Assembly (NCBI GenBank): GCA_037444485.1
Contig: JBBIMI010000015.1
Coordinates: forward strand, 1 to 19,700
Direction of reading: 5' to 3'
DNA from: Candidatus Micrarchaeota archaeon
GTDB lineage: Archaea; Micrarchaeota; Micrarchaeia; Norongarragalinales; Norongarragalinaceae
DNA: 19,700 nucleotides
The notes under the pieces were generated by a model, which was not told where the DNA came from, searched no databases, and saw only the letters and a list, made by a program, of their open reading frames with translations. Each line of letters opens with the position of its first letter. Positions within the stretch are counted from its first letter, which is position 1. A program made the translations under genes and the position numbers. Positions 16,591 to 19,700 of the stretch are shown piece by piece.

Positions 16591-16824
16591 TCTTTACTTT
16601 CAATCTTCCATTACAATCCTTGCTCGCGACAAGCATGCTTCAAAAAAAATTCTTGACGGGGATAGTAATCGAAGATGGTAATGGTTTACAGGTTAATTAA
16701 ACACTTTATTAAACAAGGAAAACAAACTTGACGTTGTTTTAAACGTTAATTTCTAATTTAATAAATTTTTTAATAATTTTTTTAAAGTTAGTGTTTTATC
16801 ACGCTTTAAATCGTTTTCTTTTTT

Positions 16825-17316
16825 TTAAGAACGAGAGTGAAAACCTTCTTCAACCAATAGTTTGTAATCGAATTCAGTGTCTTCAACGAGCCGCACTAAA
16901 AAACTATCAGGCGCGCTTGCTGGCGTGCTTGTGCGTGCGCTTTCAAGCTGGCTTTCAAGCTGGTTTGCTGGCGTGCTTGAAAATAGTTTTTGAAGCTCGC
17001 TGCGCACGAAATCAACGAGTTCCTGCGCGCTTAACTGCTTTGCGTCGTAAACGATTACTGCCTCGCTTTTCGCAGCGTTTACGCTCGCGCGCAATACTCC
17101 CTCGAGTGAAAGTAAGTGGTATTGTAGTAACGCGCTTTTCTGGAGTTTTTCTGCGCTGCTCGTTTTTTCATTTGTTGAATTGTTTGTTTGCGTGTTTATT
17201 TGTATTCTTAGTTTTCTGACTTTGTTGAAAGGCACCGTAATCGTGAGTTCGTCTGGCTCTACGAACAAGCCGCTTTTGACTTCCAACGGCGGCATCCTCA
17301 ATTTTATTGAATTCAT
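16825..17316 (-). CDS. HMA/CopZ-fold-like protein without CxxC
   Basis: LLSLEGVLRASVNAAKSEAVIVYDAKQLSAQELVDFV matches the HMA pattern L..L.GV..A.VN.....A.V.YD....S...L. The protein has no Cys and carries two low-complexity insertions. Confidence 0.6.
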   Translation of the reverse strand: MNSIKLRMPPLEVKSGLFVEPDELTITVPFNKVRKLRIQINTQTNNSTNEKTSSAEKLQKSALLQYHLLSLEGVLRASVNAAKSEAVIVYDAKQLSAQELVDFVRSELQKLFSSTPANQLESQLESARTSTPASAPDSFLVRLVEDTEFDYKLLVEEGFHSRS

Positions 17317-17437
17317 TTTTTGAAGCCCAATTCTTTTTTTGAAGCCCCCGTTTTTTTAGGGGTTCTATATGGTTTTTCTTTAGCTTGGTTTAAGTGTTTT
17401 GTAGTGCTTTGTTTAGCGCTTGATTTAGTGTTTGGTT

Positions 17438-19132
17438 TTAGTTTGAACTGCTTGAGTTTGTTGCGTGAAAGAATTGTTTTTGCTGCGAGTACGCTTTCTT
17501 GTACGCGTCCCCGGCCGCGAGGCGCGCACCGTCGCGCACATACTTTTCTTGAGCTGGGTTTTTGTGTGTCTTGAGCCACTCGCTCCAGGGAATGCTGTAC
17601 TCGCGTTGCGTCTTGTCGCGGTAGATTTCTGGAATGACGTTGAAAGCGCAGAATGGCACTATGCGGCCGTCAGGCATCGTGTAGTGAATAACGCATTTGC
17701 GCACCCGCTCTATATCGTAATTGTAGGGGTCCATGAAGTGCATCATTCCGATGAACAAACTTTTCTTGTGGAACTCGCCGAGGGCGTTGTAATCGTGTTT
17801 GACGAGCGCGTTGAACAAGAGTTTGTTGACGTTGAGTCCCTTTGGCGCTTTGCTTTGGTCTATGAAGGCGTTCATCTTCGCTAGGATTTTCAAGCCCACC
17901 CAGTATTTGTTGCTTCCGTGCTTTAACTCTTCAGCTTTCTCGCCGAGAAAACCGAACAACCCTTCAACGTCGACGAAACGCGTTATCGGCACGACGCGGT
18001 CGCCGTCTAGAAACAAGTAAGTCGCTGCTCCGCAAGCGAAGTGTGAACTCAAGTCGTATTGTGGCGAGCCGCTCCAAGCTTCCACGAATTTAGTTATCGG
18101 GAAAACGCATGGAATAGGAAAGAAATCGTTTTTCGAGATGACGCCGCTTGTTTGTTCTTCGATGGCTGTAATCGCGCCTGCGATAGTGACGCGTTGGCGT
18201 TCGCGCTCGCGCACAGGCATCCTACCAACGAGCGAGACTGGTTGAAAGTTTACTGCGCGCACGATGTCGATGTTGTTCAACGCGAAGTTGATGATGTTGC
18301 CCGCTTCGTGTAGGTTCACGCTGCGAATCAGTGTTGGGACGAGCACGACTCCGATTCCAGCTTGCCTGCAGGATTCAAGGGCGTATGGTGCTTCCCAATG
18401 GTTTTTCGGATTCGTTTGCGCCGTCGTCCCGTCGAAACTCATGTAAAGCGTGTTCAGGCCAGCTTCACGCAACCGCTTCGCGTAACTCGCGTCAAAACCA
18501 ATTTTTATTCCCGTAGTATTCAACTGCACGTGCTCGAATCCCAACTCGCGGCACGCTCGAACTATTTCAGGCAAGTCTTCGCGCAGCGTAGGCTCGCCTC
18601 CAGTGAGTTGAACAGCGTTGCACGCAACCGGTTTTTCAGCGCGTAGGTTGGCGAGCATGGCGCGTATTTGTTCTATAGTCGGTTCGTAAATTGGTTCTCC
18701 TTCTTTCGCGTAGAAAAAACAATACCAGCAGCTTAAGTCACACCTGTTCGTCACCGCAATGTTTGCGAGTGCTGTAGTGCTTTGATGGGATGGGCACAAG
18801 CCGCAGTCGAGCGGACAATTCGCGCCCTTATTTTCGATTACGCTGCCCACGTTAGGGTTTTGAATGCGTTTTCCGCTGGAGAGAAAACGGCGTGCTTTCT
18901 CGTAAAACGCAGCGTCTTCGGAGTAAACCTCGCGCGTCACGCCGTGTTGAGGGCAAGAGCGTTCTATAAAAACTTTTCCGTTTTCCTCGAAAACTATTGC
19001 CGGGAGAACGCGCTTGCATGCCGGGCAAATCGAGTGCGTCGCGTGCGGTAACGCGCCGCCGTAAGTTACACTCGCGTCTAGCGCCGCGTTGCGCGCTTCA
19101 CGCGCTTTTTTTACTTCAACGACTGCTTCCAT
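17438..19132 (-). CDS. tes: Tetraether lipid synthase (GDGT/macrocyclic archaeol synthase, MJ0619-like radical SAM)
   Basis: CPAC...CPQHG rubredoxin-like site; CPLDCGLCPSH N-terminal auxiliary cluster; TNRCDLSCWYC radical SAM motif; GGEPT; VVLVPT; NFQPVS..GR; SSHFACG; PITRFVDVEG; MMHFMDPYNYD.ERV.KCVIHY..PDGRIVPFC. SD GGAGG upstream. Confidence 0.9.
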   Translation of the reverse strand: MEAVVEVKKAREARNAALDASVTYGGALPHATHSICPACKRVLPAIVFEENGKVFIERSCPQHGVTREVYSEDAAFYEKARRFLSSGKRIQNPNVGSVIENKGANCPLDCGLCPSHQSTTALANIAVTNRCDLSCWYCFFYAKEGEPIYEPTIEQIRAMLANLRAEKPVACNAVQLTGGEPTLREDLPEIVRACRELGFEHVQLNTTGIKIGFDASYAKRLREAGLNTLYMSFDGTTAQTNPKNHWEAPYALESCRQAGIGVVLVPTLIRSVNLHEAGNIINFALNNIDIVRAVNFQPVSLVGRMPVRERERQRVTIAGAITAIEEQTSGVISKNDFFPIPCVFPITKFVEAWSGSPQYDLSSHFACGAATYLFLDGDRVVPITRFVDVEGLFGFLGEKAEELKHGSNKYWVGLKILAKMNAFIDQSKAPKGLNVNKLLFNALVKHDYNALGEFHKKSLFIGMMHFMDPYNYDIERVRKCVIHYTMPDGRIVPFCAFNVIPEIYRDKTQREYSIPWSEWLKTHKNPAQEKYVRDGARLAAGDAYKKAYSQQKQFFHATNSSSSN

Positions 19133-19170
19133 TTTTTGCCTCCGAAAACTTTTTTCGCCTTTCGAAAACT

Positions 19171-19494
19171 TTAAGTAGCGTTTTCAAACCAGCAAGCAAA
19201 GATTCTGCATGCTTTTTCTGTTGGCGCGTACTCGACTGTTGTCGGCGTGGTGGTCGAGGTTACGCGTTGAACGATTTTTGCTTGCTCGAGTTCACGCAAG
19301 CGTCTTGCAAGCACGCTCGCAGTAATGCCTTTCACTCGTTTCTTGAGTTTGTTGAACTTTGTTTCTCCAGCGCTTATCTCGCGCAAGATGCGCAGCGTCC
19401 ATTTTCGTTCGAGGCACTCTAAGTTTTGCAGAATAGGGCAAGTTATGCTTGAAAAACCGTACGCTTTGCACTCGCGTTCTCCGCGTTCAGACAA
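19171..19494 (-). CDS. HxlR/DUF24 (MarR-type winged HTH) transcriptional regulator
   Basis: CPI...LE....KWTLRILREI..G..KFNKL....GIT..VLARRLRELE...IV.R......P..VEY..TEK. TTG start. Confidence 0.9.
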   Translation of the reverse strand: MSERGERECKAYGFSSITCPILQNLECLERKWTLRILREISAGETKFNKLKKRVKGITASVLARRLRELEQAKIVQRVTSTTTPTTVEYAPTEKACRIFACWFENAT

Positions 19495-19571
19495 AAGTTT
19501 AAAACCCCCTTTTCTTTTTTCGAGTAACTTTTCGAATATTTTTTTAAAACAAAAACGTTAAAAAAACTATT

Positions 19572-19700
19572 AGAACTCAACCAGAACTCAACCGCACTCC
19601 AAACAAAAAAAAACAAAAACAAAAACTCAAAACAAAAAAAAACAAAAACTCAAAACAAAAACTCAAAACAAAAACTCAAAACAAAAACTCAAAACAAAAA
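19572..19700. repeat. A/C-rich tract with a 13-bp tandem array running off the window end
   Basis: CTCAAAACAAAAA at 19649, 19662, 19675 and 19688. AGAACTCAACC-like duplication at 19572-19593. Confidence 0.92.

Noticed and set aside
17313..17579. 88-aa basic ORF between tes and the HMA-like gene
   Set aside because: Overlaps tes by 142 nt out of frame; the remainder is low-complexity spacer with no motif.
408..19561. Remaining track ORFs nested in or antisense to the called genes
   Set aside because: Shadow frames of well-supported genes, with no recognisable motifs.

Overview
Archaeal chromosomal window, probably from a DPANN (Micrarchaeota-like) organism. The taxonomy is inferred from gene content and style and is not proven. 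Core genes: C-terminal YHS domain (partial), archaeal triosephosphate isomerase, family B DNA polymerase, lemA-htpX, PfkB kinase plus MTA phosphorylase, an HhH-GPD/FeS glycosylase and TrpRS. A minus-strand cluster encodes an HxlR/DUF24 regulator, a tetraether (GDGT) synthase Tes-type radical SAM enzyme and an HMA-fold protein lacking CxxC. Accessory or decaying material: a class III signal peptide surface protein, back-to-back 3' remnants of tdh and kbl, a Cys-rich membrane-anchored orphan, a degenerate archaeal riboflavin synthase homolog, a 42-aa eL39-like basic ORF, and a methyltransferase/putative endonuclease pair in which both genes carry +1 frameshifts. The most notable non-coding signal is a 94-nt, almost fully paired five-way-junction element at 4384-4477. 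Short tandem duplications and T/G-rich tracts occur in many intergenic regions. All family calls come from motif recognition by eye; no database search was run.
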